Part shown: positions 54,601 to 62,842 of the stretch, piece by piece | Position numbering within the stretch: position 1 is the stretch's first letter | Layout: the number at the start of each line of letters is the position of its first letter | Assembly: GCA_017447775.1 (NCBI GenBank) | Contig: JAFSMU010000014.1 | Coordinates: 5,718 to 69,717 of the forward strand | Direction: 5' to 3' | DNA from: Clostridia bacterium | GTDB lineage: Bacteria > Bacillota > Clostridia > Oscillospirales > CAG-272 | DNA: 64,000 bases | The notes under the pieces: model-generated | The model's input: the letters and a program-made list of their open reading frames with translations, nothing else | What the model was told of the DNA's origin: nothing | Database searches by the model: none | Translations under genes and position numbers: made by a program

Positions 54601-57351
54601 GTTTGTAAGCTGATAGAGCTCGATCGGAAGATCATCCTCGAAGAATACATCTATACCGAAGGAAGCAAGGATAAGGGAGTTGGAAGCGCCGTTACGGAGT
54701 CTCTCTTTGAAGAGGTCGTAAGAAGGAACTTCACCGGCTACCTCAGACTTAGCAGAGTAGTTGCCTGTGGAAACAACTGTTACCTGGTAAGAGTTGTCGC
54801 CATCTTCTGTCTTTGTAACGCCTGCAACGTAGCCCCTAACTGCACCGGAAACTGCTGTTTCGATCATGCACCAAACTACGCCGTTTTCAGCTGCAACGTA
54901 TTTAACGGAGTGACCAGCCATCCAAGAACCTGCCTGAACTGTACCGATCTCATCGTCAGAAACGTGATCTGTTACGAAGCTGAGAAGTTCTCTGCCAGCT
55001 TCGAATGTAAGTGTGGATGTAACGCCGTCAACTGTTACGTCGAGGTCGATTGTGTTCTCAGGATTTACAGGGATGTAGAGTTTAACTCTCTCGCCTGCGG
55101 ATGTAAGAACTTCTGCTGCGTAGCATGTAACACCGTCAACTTTGACTGTGCCGGCTGCAACGTTCTCAATGTAACCTGTTGTAAGAGCTGCAACATCAAC
55201 TGTCTTGTACGGATAGATCGTAGAAAGACCGTATGTGTTTGTATCGTTCGGGCCGCCATAGAGTCTACGCTCGTTGCTTGCAACAACTACGAGCTGAACT
55301 TTATTGGAAGCTGCTGAAGACGTTGTGTTCCAACCGTCTGTACCGCCGCCTGTTGTGCCACCGAATGCAACTGTCTTGTCAACTACAAGACCGCCAACAC
55401 CGTGACCCTTAAGGCCCTGAGCGGAGAGGATGAAGTTACCGAAGGAGTCATAGATCTCTTTCGTGAAAGCATCAGCACCTGCCATGTCGCCTTCGCTAGC
55501 CGGATCGTGAGATTTGTTAACGCCGCCGTAGTAAAGGGCACGAGAGGATTCTGTAACAACTGCTACATCATAGTAACCGTCGTTGTCTGTGTCAGAGAAG
55601 ATAACGTTGGATTCGCCCTGTGCCGGAGCAAGGATAAGCTGGTAAGCTTCTGCAACCGTGAGAGGATTCTCAACGTCGATAGCATTCTGATCGAGTCTGC
55701 CGTCTTTGAGGAAAATCGAGAAGATGTCAAAGCTTGCGTTTGTAACGAACGCACCGCCTTCAACAACGAGCTCGTAAGCAACGCCGGACGGGATGTAGGA
55801 TTCGATCTCAAATGTCTCTGTAACTAAGTTTCCATCGAAGTGGGAAGCATAGTCGCCATGAGCAAGAAGGATAGCCTTCTGGTTGTCATTAAAGTATGCG
55901 CCTTCATAAACCTTGTCGCCAACATAGCCAACAACGCTTACTGTGATAGCAGCTGTGCTGTCCATTGTGCCTTCAGGAGCGTATACTTTAACTTCGTTAG
56001 CTGCACCCGTGTAGGATGTAACTACGCTGTAAGTTGCGCCGTTTACAACGAGGTCAGCGGATTTAACTGTAACGCCGTCAGCCTTGTATTCAACGTTTGT
56101 CCAACCTACTTTTTCATTTGTAAGGCGTGCGTAAGAGCTGGAGCCAGCTGTTGAGGAGGAGAGATACCACCAACCGATAGCGGCTGTGCCTTTTCTTACG
56201 TTAGCCGTTGTAGCTGCTGCATAACCGATGTATGTATCAACTACAAGACGATCTCTGATGGAGAAACCTGCAAGAACAGATGCGGGTCTGCCTATATATC
56301 CGCCTTCAGTAAGGATGTCCTTGTTGTCTTTCGTTACGGAAAGAGTAACAACGCTACCTTTTTCAGCGTAGAGTGTTGCATCGGAAGGATCGTCTTCTGT
56401 GCCTGTAGCTTCTTTTACAAGATCAGAGAAAGCTGCTGCGGGAATTGTTACTGTGGAACCTGTAGCAAGGTTTGCAAGTACAACAACGCCTGACTTGTCG
56501 ATGAAGCTGTTTGTCTGATACATGTGGCCGCTAAAGAGAGAATCGTAGTTAGCGCCTGCCATGTCTGTGTCCGTTCTACGATAAGCAACCGTGAGGTTGG
56601 TGTACGTAAGCGGTACTTCAGCAACTACGAAGTCAGCTTTAACAACTGCTGTTGTGCTGTTAGCGAAAGCAGCGCCGAGGTCCATGCCGTCAGATGTGTA
56701 ACGTACGCCCGTTGCATCTGCATCATAACCATTCTCATAGAGAGAACCGTTGATGATCGTGTAGATGAGGTATGCACCCTCGCCCTTTGTGAGCTGGTAT
56801 GCAGGGTCGTATGTCTCGGATTCAGCAAGGAACGTAGCGTCGAATGCGCTGAACCAGTACTGAGCAACTGCGAGGGCGTTGTGAGCCCAACGTGTTTCGC
56901 TCATTTCTACTTTGTCCTCGAATCTCATAAGTCTGTCGAGGATGATTGCCGCCTCAGCGAGTGTGATCTGCTGTGCGGGCTTGAATGTACCGTCACCGTA
57001 ACCTTCGATGAGCGGACGACCAAGAGAGTACGCTATAGCGCCCTGATAGGGGCTCTCGGAGACGTCAGAGAATTTCTGGGATGCGATATCCTTGTAAGCC
57101 TGAACGTCCCAAGCGTCTGTGATGGTCTGGTGCGACTCAACCTTCGCTGCCCACATGACGAATTCGTCTCTGGAAAGCGGAGCGTCGCCGTCAGAACCGA
57201 TAGCCGAAATGCCAAGTCCGTCGAGGTACTCAACGGCTTTTCTGTACCAAGCACTCTGGCTAGCGCCTGCAGAAACACTTACTATAGCTATTGCAAGCAC
57301 GAATGCTACTGCAAGAACTATGGCAAGAGCTCTTGTTTTGAAGTTCTTCAT
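51601..57351 (-). CDS. Giant (1916 aa) secreted SLH-domain cell-surface protein, S-layer protein candidate
   Basis: Signal peptide (AIAIVSVSA|GAS) and SLH motifs (FSDVSESPYQGAIAYSLGRPLIEGYGDGTFKPAQQITLAEAAIILDRLM). The RBS is AGGAGGAAG, the terminator is strong and the codon usage is distinct. Confidence 0.85.
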   Translation of the reverse strand: MKNFKTRALAIVLAVAFVLAIAIVSVSAGASQSAWYRKAVEYLDGLGISAIGSDGDAPLSRDEFVMWAAKVESHQTITDAWDVQAYKDIASQKFSDVSESPYQGAIAYSLGRPLIEGYGDGTFKPAQQITLAEAAIILDRLMRFEDKVEMSETRWAHNALAVAQYWFSAFDATFLAESETYDPAYQLTKGEGAYLIYTIINGSLYENGYDADATGVRYTSDGMDLGAAFANSTTAVVKADFVVAEVPLTYTNLTVAYRRTDTDMAGANYDSLFSGHMYQTNSFIDKSGVVVLANLATGSTVTIPAAAFSDLVKEATGTEDDPSDATLYAEKGSVVTLSVTKDNKDILTEGGYIGRPASVLAGFSIRDRLVVDTYIGYAAATTANVRKGTAAIGWWYLSSSTAGSSSYARLTNEKVGWTNVEYKADGVTVKSADLVVNGATYSVVTSYTGAANEVKVYAPEGTMDSTAAITVSVVGYVGDKVYEGAYFNDNQKAILLAHGDYASHFDGNLVTETFEIESYIPSGVAYELVVEGGAFVTNASFDIFSIFLKDGRLDQNAIDVENPLTVAEAYQLILAPAQGESNVIFSDTDNDGYYDVAVVTESSRALYYGGVNKSHDPASEGDMAGADAFTKEIYDSFGNFILSAQGLKGHGVGGLVVDKTVAFGGTTGGGTDGWNTTSSAASNKVQLVVVASNERRLYGGPNDTNTYGLSTIYPYKTVDVAALTTGYIENVAAGTVKVDGVTCYAAEVLTSAGERVKLYIPVNPENTIDLDVTVDGVTSTLTFEAGRELLSFVTDHVSDDEIGTVQAGSWMAGHSVKYVAAENGVVWCMIETAVSGAVRGYVAGVTKTEDGDNSYQVTVVSTGNYSAKSEVAGEVPSYDLFKERLRNGASNSLILASFGIDVFFEDDLPIELYQLTNFFPVVAGTAAQNLLKVMNGLGAYGVQVGGLYYDTDDNMPDGDTVPTLQQSTQHNAANGGANPQIFKAGSLLDVSDVEYFAKPQYKGYVSVDVLGVTIDANNFEDYELFTEVDGDYVLATAYDADAEYYGQIFKKVSTTSGAMFGFLKDADWSAITRNGVGGNITNVEVTTTTTSYELATDADFDTETIPTWKAGVEYYTEDGGNYTPVNTSTATYDATVTYYVVDTATTTTVSYVEATADDFDTTTIPTWKSGVVYYTEDNGNYTAVDTSTATYDATIGYFIETTTTTTSTQKGVITSSTSYTTGTSVKTLDVTGSSTAVWTYGAETYKIVHNLLVDRKLYNVDAAENGEKVDGGDLVYISLSKGAYNKYYTIEGLDYDAYDTAYVGSGSSTMLSDINNAGYLQMRNVFINDNVTRAGYRSDTYFYVERDLYEVGAALNWTAGGVKDALLGVFDNAYILGFAKVSGTTTNIVDNNNTVIGISDQYNMVVGYNPYYLRTVSNTGKITYTVMFSTVESLEGVVGSKYYQIDRSKTDLVEVREGENTANQRKDDGVSYTDTTVYYVDGDGYVWWILNRAVYDTTKFVSDEPSYDRTNATVADVKYDVALKDVGVSVATKDLVSLTVNPFVKGEDGYAPALYHVNLKNGLNTSKSFQMLQTTKIVVITPVSNTSDGKTDNSNFKITVTSPKELAANNQGIFVTDYQYNGSATTGTMLSVFGEIVSLNKEGTTPTQPVDPTFKLEPTIKGSAKLVYLNADAGIIAEAVQLNNFWVIRSTGSAIDVVTGEEIGSIQYVFGTYTSRGIIDATQASVAEGGYFLVDSNNEVIVKVDEKTPGTYGTEDKNIKVVAGTITAAETSGKTVATVGGVAGVDVSKYAFKFIYHDLDGNRFGVGGSNTNVSVSTESEIVAAYKSSSDIVAEGVGGSHMYTEEDVAEAQAKIDAAKEAVVDAYFNGTFWNVAMSPVNNYMSIQAASYQNPNATLGFNYVVIGNTFYVFVNSFSK
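53774..54127 (-). repeat. In-frame tandem duplication, 2 x 177 nt (59 aa), inside the giant gene
   Basis: The units begin at 53774 and 53951 with identical GCATCATATGTTGCTGTGGAAGTAT. Protein units: DFDTETIPTWKAGVEYYTEDGGNYTPVNTSTATYDATV and DFDTTTIPTWKSGVVYYTEDNGNYTAVDTSTATYDATI, separated by Thr runs. Confidence 0.85.
56752..57249 (-). other. SLH (S-layer homology) region of the giant protein (aa ~35-200)
   Basis: There is one clear SLH motif (aa 94-143). Two flanking SLH-like segments are AWYRKAVEYLDGLGI...LSRDEFVMW and WAHNALAVAQYW...LTKGEGAYLIY. Confidence 0.7.
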
Positions 57352-57428
57352 AATAAAAGTCTTCCTCCTAATAAATTTTTGGTGATTTTCCGCGACGCGT
57401 TACCTCGCGGATAAAATCCCGTATTGTC

Positions 57429-57457
57429 ATAATATCACGTTGCTTTTTATTTTTCAA
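57429..57457 (-). promoter_or_regulatory. Sigma-A-type promoter candidate for the giant SLH-protein gene
   Basis: On the minus strand: TTGAAA (57457..57452), a 17-nt spacer, then TATTAT (57434..57429). The predicted ~70-nt 5' UTR contains the hairpin CCGCGA-N9-TCGCGG. Confidence 0.5.
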
Positions 57458-57470
57458 GCGATTTTTGATT

Positions 57471-57489
57471 TTGTAACAAAGTTGTAACA
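57471..57489 (-). promoter_or_regulatory. Direct repeat TGTTACAA-N3-TGTTACAA just upstream of the -35, candidate regulator site
   Basis: The plus strand reads TTGTAACA-AAG-TTGTAACA, 14 nt upstream (in transcript orientation) of the -35. Confidence 0.3.
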
Positions 57490-57578
57490 TTACTTTTTTC
57501 AAGGTGGCGCAATGTTTTTTACAAAATCTGCCTGTGCCGGCCCGTCCTCGCGTGTACGCGCATATATTATATATGGAA

Positions 57579-57619
57579 GAAAAAACGCGGGAATTTTGCA
57601 TTCCCGCGGGTATTTTTTT
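57579..57619 (-). terminator. Rho-independent terminator after the Lrp/AsnC gene (bidirectional shape)
   Basis: CGCGGGAAT-TTTGC-ATTCCCGCG with flanking A- and T-runs. It separates the regulator gene from the SLH-gene promoter. Confidence 0.7.
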
Positions 57620-57637
57620 GTAAAAATTTTCTTTTTT

Positions 57638-58114
57638 TCAGCCGAGATCGGCAAACGTTTCTTGCTTTATCGTGTTAAGAACTATGCTCGTTTTTGTCTG
57701 AACGACGCCCTCCGCCGTTTGAATTTCGCCGATAAGACGTTCAAGATCGCTCATTGTCGCGGTGTTGATTTTCAGTATGAACATACTGCTGCCCGTGACG
57801 GAATGGCACTCGACGACCTCCGGGTGCGTTTCAATGAATTTTTTAATGGACGCAAGCGCGTCAAAGTAATTTTTGTCGCTCGTTCCGATCTCGACAAACG
57901 CGCACACGTCAAGGCCGACCATGCCCGTATCGAGAATAAGGCTGTATTGCTTGATAACTCCCGACGTTTCAAGCTTTTTTATCCTGTCGATCACCGCCGA
58001 GACCGACATCCCGATCTTTTTGCTTATCTCAGACGCGCTAAGACGTGAGTTTCTTTTAAGACAAGATATTATTTCAAGGTCTATTTCGTCAACTTTTTTT
58101 CCTGCGAAGCCCAT
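57638..58114 (-). CDS. Lrp/AsnC family transcriptional regulator
   Basis: DLEIISCLKRNSRLSASEISKKIGMSVSAVIDRIKKLETSGVIKQY (HTH) plus an AsnC-type ligand domain. The start is at ATG 58114 after GGAGAAAAAA. Confidence 0.85.
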   Translation of the reverse strand: MGFAGKKVDEIDLEIISCLKRNSRLSASEISKKIGMSVSAVIDRIKKLETSGVIKQYSLILDTGMVGLDVCAFVEIGTSDKNYFDALASIKKFIETHPEVVECHSVTGSSMFILKINTATMSDLERLIGEIQTAEGVVQTKTSIVLNTIKQETFADLG

Positions 58115-58271
58115 TTTTTTCTCCATGTTGTGTATTTTTTCGCAATTTTTTGCTTTTTCAACTGATTTTACCACAAAATTTTGAAAATGTAAAGACTTAT
58201 TCGCTTTTTATATTGAAAAAAATTTAATTTTGTATTATATTATGATTATGAATAACAATTCGGAGGGCAAA

Positions 58272-59531
58272 ATGTTTGACATTAAAAAATTTGCATCGGA
58301 ACACAGTGAAACACTGAAAAAAATATACGGCTCAAACACGGCCGGGATGACTGAACGCATCGCGCGCGCGGTTGAAAGCTTCAAAGAGATTTACGGCGAC
58401 GGCGAAATTGCCGTTTTTTCCGTACCGGGACGCAGCGAGATATGCGGCAACCACACCGACCACAACCGCGGCGAAGTTTTTGCCGCATCGATAGACCTTG
58501 ACGTGCTTGCGATAGCGCGCTCGACAAAAGACGGCATAATCCGCGTAAATAGCGAGGGATTTCCCGAGTGCCGCGTTGACACAGCCGACCTTACGCCCAA
58601 AAAAGAGGACGAGGGCAACAGCAACGCGCTGATTCGCGGCGTCTGCGACGGATTTGTTCGCCGCGGGCTTAAAATCACGGGATTTGACTGCTACATGACC
58701 TCGCGCGTGCTCGGCGGTTCGGGACTTTCGTCGTCAGCCGCATTTGAGGACACCATCGGCACGATCCTCAGCCATTTTTCAAACGGCGGCTCGGTCGATT
58801 ACATGACGATATCGCAAATAGCTCAGTACGCGGAAAACGCGCATTTCGGAAAGCCGTGCGGCCTTATGGACCAAGTGGCGTGCGCTTGCGGCGGATTTGT
58901 TCATATAGACTTTGCAGATCCCGCGTCGCCCGTATGCACGCGCATTCCTTTTGATATAGAAGCGGCGGGCTACACGCTTTGCATCGTAGCGACGGGCGGT
59001 TCTCACGCAGACCTTACCGACGACTACGCCGCTGTTCCCGCGGAGATGAAAAAAGTGGCGTCGTACTTCGGAAAAGAAGTGCTTCGCGACGTTTCGCGCG
59101 AGGAAATTCTTAAAAACGTTCCCGCTCTCCGCGCATACGCAGGCGACAGAGCGATCTTGCGCGCGCTTCACTTTATTTCCGAGAACGAGCGCGTAAGAGA
59201 TATGCAGAAGGCGCTTGACGCGGGCGATATCGACGCGTTCCTTTGCGTTGTAAACGCCTCGGGCAGATCGAGCGCGATGCTTCTTCAAAACTATTTTGCG
59301 CCGAAAGCACCGGCAGAACAGGGCATAACGCTTGCTTATGCTGTTGCGCGCGAGCTTCTTTGCGGACGCGGCGCGGTTCGCGTTCACGGCGGCGGCTTTG
59401 CCGGAACGATACAGGCATTTGTTCCGAATGATATGCTTGAATCTTTCACCGCGGGTATGGAAGCGGCATTCGGAAAAGGAAGCGTTACGTCGCTGTTCAT
59501 CCGCCCGCTCGGAGCAACAAAAATAGGATGA
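58272..59531 (+). CDS. galK: Galactokinase-family GHMP kinase
   Basis: VPGRSEICGNHTDHNRG is a galactokinase-signature variant. GGSGLSSSAAFE is the GHMP ATP motif. The start is at ATG 58272 after GGAGGG. Confidence 0.75.
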   Translation: MFDIKKFASEHSETLKKIYGSNTAGMTERIARAVESFKEIYGDGEIAVFSVPGRSEICGNHTDHNRGEVFAASIDLDVLAIARSTKDGIIRVNSEGFPECRVDTADLTPKKEDEGNSNALIRGVCDGFVRRGLKITGFDCYMTSRVLGGSGLSSSAAFEDTIGTILSHFSNGGSVDYMTISQIAQYAENAHFGKPCGLMDQVACACGGFVHIDFADPASPVCTRIPFDIEAAGYTLCIVATGGSHADLTDDYAAVPAEMKKVASYFGKEVLRDVSREEILKNVPALRAYAGDRAILRALHFISENERVRDMQKALDAGDIDAFLCVVNASGRSSAMLLQNYFAPKAPAEQGITLAYAVARELLCGRGAVRVHGGGFAGTIQAFVPNDMLESFTAGMEAAFGKGSVTSLFIRPLGATKIG

Positions 59532-60277
59532 TAAAGGCGTACTCGCTTTTTTCCGGCTCCTCGGGCAACTGCTTTTTCGTCGATGCGGGGTGCGACAAGA
59601 TCCTGATCGACGCCGGCGTTAGCGAAAGGCGAATTTCGCACGCGCTGGAAGAGCTTGGCGTAAAATTTGACGACATTTCAGCAATTTTCATCACGCACGA
59701 ACACATTGATCACACGCGCGGACTTGAAACGATCTCAAAAAAGCACGACATTCCCATACATATGACTGTCGGCACGGCGCGCGCGGCGATAACGTCGCCG
59801 CTATCACCGGTTCTTGCTCGCCTATATGCTCACAAAGACTGCTTTTCCGCTTTATGCGGCGCGCTTAAAGTAAGCGCTTTCAATATCCCGCACGATGCGG
59901 CGCAACCGGTCGGGTACATTGTAGAAAAAGACGGCGTGCGCCTCGGTTTTTGCACCGATACGGGCTGCATTACCGATGAGATGACAAAAAACCTCGTCGG
60001 CTGTCGCGCCGCGGTGATAGAGGCAAACCACGACGGCAATATGCTTTTGCTCGGGCCGTATCCGTATAACCTGAAAATGAGGATATCGTCGGATACGGGG
60101 CATCTATCAAACGACGACGCGGCGACGCTTGCCCGAGCTTTGTGCGACGGCGGGGCAAAATCGCTGATGCTGGCGCATCTTTCAAAGGAAACAACACGCC
60201 GAAAATCGCCTATGACGCCGTTTCAAAAGCCGTGTGCGGCAAAGCCGAAATTTTTGTTGCGTCGCCCGACGCGATAA
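59528..60277 (+). CDS. MBL-fold metallo-hydrolase (YycJ/WalJ-like), with a probable frameshifted 3' end
   Basis: FITHEHIDHTRGL is the HxHxDH motif. After LAHLSKE the annotated frame reads TTRRKSPMTPF..., whereas the +1 frame reads NNTPKIAYDAVSKAVCGKAEIFVASPDAIRELVVK* ending at 60297. Confidence 0.8.
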   Translation: MIKAYSLFSGSSGNCFFVDAGCDKILIDAGVSERRISHALEELGVKFDDISAIFITHEHIDHTRGLETISKKHDIPIHMTVGTARAAITSPLSPVLARLYAHKDCFSALCGALKVSAFNIPHDAAQPVGYIVEKDGVRLGFCTDTGCITDEMTKNLVGCRAAVIEANHDGNMLLLGPYPYNLKMRISSDTGHLSNDDAATLARALCDGGAKSLMLAHLSKETTRRKSPMTPFQKPCAAKPKFLLRRPTR

Positions 60278-60304
60278 GGGAGCTTGTTGTAAAATAAAAT
60301 ATCC

Positions 60305-60340
60305 AAAAGCGTTTTTTGCAATGCAAAAACGCTTTTTTGT
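60305..60340 (+). terminator. Rho-independent terminator
   Basis: AAAAGCGTTTTT-(loop)-AAAAACGCTTTT-TTG, a 12-bp stem. Confidence 0.65.
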
Positions 60341-60384
60341 TTTGTGCATATAATTTTTATGAAAGAATTTTTGTGAGGGAACGA

Positions 60385-61290
60385 ATGAAAAGAAGAATTT
60401 TCAGCGGCGCCGCAACGGCGCTTATCACGCCTTTCTCAAACGGAAAAGTCGATAAAACCGCGCTTATATCGCTGATCGAGGATCAGATAGCGTGCGGCAT
60501 CGACGCGCTTGTCGTTGTCGGCACGACGGGCGAGAGCGCAACGCTTACGGACGAGGAAAAAATCGACGTTATTTCGCTCGCTGTCAAAACTTCGGCGCAT
60601 CGCGTGCCGATAATCGCGGGCGCGGGAAGCAACGACACGCACCACGCGTCATATCTTTGCAGCGCGGCAAAGGACGTCGGCGCCGACGCGCTTTTGTGCG
60701 TGACTCCGTACTACAACAAAACGTCGCCGCGCGGGGTGGTGGCTCACTTTTTTTACATTGCGGACAACACGGACCTTCCGTTGATCGTCTACAACGTGCC
60801 GTCGCGCACGGGAGTCGATATTTCGCCGCAGACGTATGCCGAGCTTGCAAACCATCCGAATATCGCGGCTGTAAAGGAGGCGGACGGAAACATATCTAAA
60901 TTTGCGCGCACGGTTGCGCTTGTCGGCGACAGGCTTGATTTTTACAGCGGGAACGACGATATGACAGTGCCTATGATGTCGCTCGGCGGCGCGGGGGTGA
61001 TATCGGTGCTTTCAAATATTCTGCCGGCGGAAGTGCGCCGCATGTGCGCGCTGTATTTTAGCGGCAAAACGGATGAGGCGGCGCGTATGCAGATCAGATA
61101 TCTGCCGCTGATCTCGGCGCTTTTTGCGGACGTAAACCCCATACCCGTGAAATACGCGATGAGCGTTCTTGAAAAATGCTCGGGCGAGGTTCGTCTGCCC
61201 CTTGTCCCGCCCGACGACAACGTAAAGGAAAAAATACGCAAAAGTCTTGCTGATATCGGGCTTTTGCCGGGCGGCAGTAATTTGCCATGA
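60385..61290 (+). CDS. dapA: 4-hydroxy-tetrahydrodipicolinate synthase
   Basis: GAATALITPF, VVVGTTGESATLTDEEK, YNKTS and VKEADG. The start is at ATG 60385. Confidence 0.9.
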   Translation: MKRRIFSGAATALITPFSNGKVDKTALISLIEDQIACGIDALVVVGTTGESATLTDEEKIDVISLAVKTSAHRVPIIAGAGSNDTHHASYLCSAAKDVGADALLCVTPYYNKTSPRGVVAHFFYIADNTDLPLIVYNVPSRTGVDISPQTYAELANHPNIAAVKEADGNISKFARTVALVGDRLDFYSGNDDMTVPMMSLGGAGVISVLSNILPAEVRRMCALYFSGKTDEAARMQIRYLPLISALFADVNPIPVKYAMSVLEKCSGEVRLPLVPPDDNVKEKIRKSLADIGLLPGGSNLP

Positions 61291-61985
61291 AAATTATTTT
61301 ATGCGGCGCGCTCGGCAAAATGGGCGCGGAAATGACACGGCTGATAGAACAAAGCGACGACACGATTTCGGCGGCCGTCGATATTGCGGCTGAGTCGGGA
61401 AGCGGTATTTTTCGCTCGCTTAACGACGTTTCAGCCGACGCCGACGTGCTTATAGACTTTTCGTTTCACGGTGCGGCAGAGCGGATATGCGAATACGTAA
61501 CGTCGCGCGCGCTTCCCGCCGTTATAGCCACGACGGGACATACGGAGCACGAGCTTGCGGTCATAAAAAACGCGGCGGAGCGGGTGCCGATTTTTCTTTG
61601 CTCAAATATGGCGCCGGGGATTGCGCTTATTTGCGATTTTGTGCGCCGCGCCTCGATTTTTTACCCGAATGCAGACATTGAGATCGTAGAAACTCACCGC
61701 CGCGGAAAGCTCGACGCGCCATCGGGAACGGCGATTATGCTCGCGCGCGAAATGACCGGGAACGGCAGGATCGGAAGCGTCGGAATACACTCGCTGAGGC
61801 TTGGCAATACAGTCGGCGAGCATACGGTTATCATCTGCGCCGACGGTGAAACGCTGACGGTGACTCACCGCGCCGACAAGCGCATGATTTTCGCCCGAGG
61901 CGCACTTGCGGCGGCAAGATTTATCATAAATATGCCCGCGGGACTTTACGATATGAGATCGCTGATCAAAACGGAGGAAACATGA
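61287..61985 (+). CDS. dapB: 4-hydroxy-tetrahydrodipicolinate reductase (short form)
   Basis: MKIILCGALGKMG, VIATTG and EIVETHRRGKLDAPSGTA. Confidence 0.9.
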   Translation: MKIILCGALGKMGAEMTRLIEQSDDTISAAVDIAAESGSGIFRSLNDVSADADVLIDFSFHGAAERICEYVTSRALPAVIATTGHTEHELAVIKNAAERVPIFLCSNMAPGIALICDFVRRASIFYPNADIEIVETHRRGKLDAPSGTAIMLAREMTGNGRIGSVGIHSLRLGNTVGEHTVIICADGETLTVTHRADKRMIFARGALAAARFIINMPAGLYDMRSLIKTEET

Positions 61986-62842
61986 GAATAAATTTTACAA
62001 AAATGCACGGCTGCGGCAACGATTACATATACATTGACTGCCTTTCATCGCCGCCGCCTGACGATGTCGCGGCACTGTCAAGGGCGATGTCGCGCAGGCG
62101 CTTTTCAGTTGGCGCCGACGGGGTGATATTGATTTTGCCGTCGAGCGTCGCCGACGCTAAGATGCGGATCTTCAACGCTGACGGAAGCGAAGGAAAAATG
62201 TGCGGCAACGGCATTCGCTGTGTCGGAAAATACTTGTGGAACGTCCGAAAAATGAACAAGCCGGAGTTGTTTATCGAAACGCTCTCAGGCGTGAAAAGGC
62301 TTGTCGCAAAAGAGGAAAAAGGAAGCGTTTCGCTTGTCGGCGTCGATATGGGACGCGCAGAGCTGTTATCAAGCAAAATACCGATCATTTCGCCGCTTGA
62401 GAAGGTTGTGTTCTCGCACGTTGAGATCGGCGGCGAAACGTTTGTGATCACGTGCGTTTCGATGGGAAATCCGCACGCCGTTATGTTCATTTCAGACGTT
62501 GAAAATGCGGATATTGAACACATCGGCCGCTTGTTTGAACAAAGCGAATTTTTTCCCGAAGGGATAAACGTCGAGCTTTGTCGTCTCGACGGAGATAACG
62601 CCGTCACTATGCGCGTTTGGGAGCGCGGCAGCGGAGAAACGCTTGCTTGCGGAACAGGCGCGTGCGCCGCGGCAGTCGCCTCGGTTCTCGGGGGGACGTG
62701 CAAATACGACGAGCCGATAAAGGTACGTCTGCCGGGCGGAGAATTATACGTAACCGTTTCAGAACGGCTTGACGTATTTATGCTCGGCGGCGCCGAAATT
62801 GTTTACAGCGGGGTTTACGATTATGAATGTACCGATAAATGA
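61982..62842 (+). CDS. dapF: Diaminopimelate epimerase
   Basis: FTKMHGCGNDYIYID, FNADGSEGKMCGNGIRC and ERGSGETLACGTGACAAA, which carry both catalytic Cys motifs. Confidence 0.95.
   Translation: MRINFTKMHGCGNDYIYIDCLSSPPPDDVAALSRAMSRRRFSVGADGVILILPSSVADAKMRIFNADGSEGKMCGNGIRCVGKYLWNVRKMNKPELFIETLSGVKRLVAKEEKGSVSLVGVDMGRAELLSSKIPIISPLEKVVFSHVEIGGETFVITCVSMGNPHAVMFISDVENADIEHIGRLFEQSEFFPEGINVELCRLDGDNAVTMRVWERGSGETLACGTGACAAAVASVLGGTCKYDEPIKVRLPGGELYVTVSERLDVFMLGGAEIVYSGVYDYECTDK

Noticed and set aside
51601-57351. Interpreting the low-GC giant gene as a horizontally acquired island.
   Set aside because: There are no flanking integrase, tRNA, direct repeats or IS. The compositional shift coincides exactly with one ORF. 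efp in the same window shows a similar codon tilt. Expression-driven codon bias explains it at least as well, so HGT is kept only as an alternative inside the finding.
51961-57414. Long plus-strand ORFs inside the giant gene: 51961..53208 (415 aa), 53605..54072 (Cys-rich), 54442..55317, 55402..55827, 55840..56154 and 56524..57414.
   Set aside because: They are antisense to a 1916-aa ORF with a signal peptide, SLH motifs, an RBS, a promoter and a terminator. The Cys/Val/Asn-rich translations are the expected complement of a Thr/Val/Ala-rich gene, and I saw no RBS.
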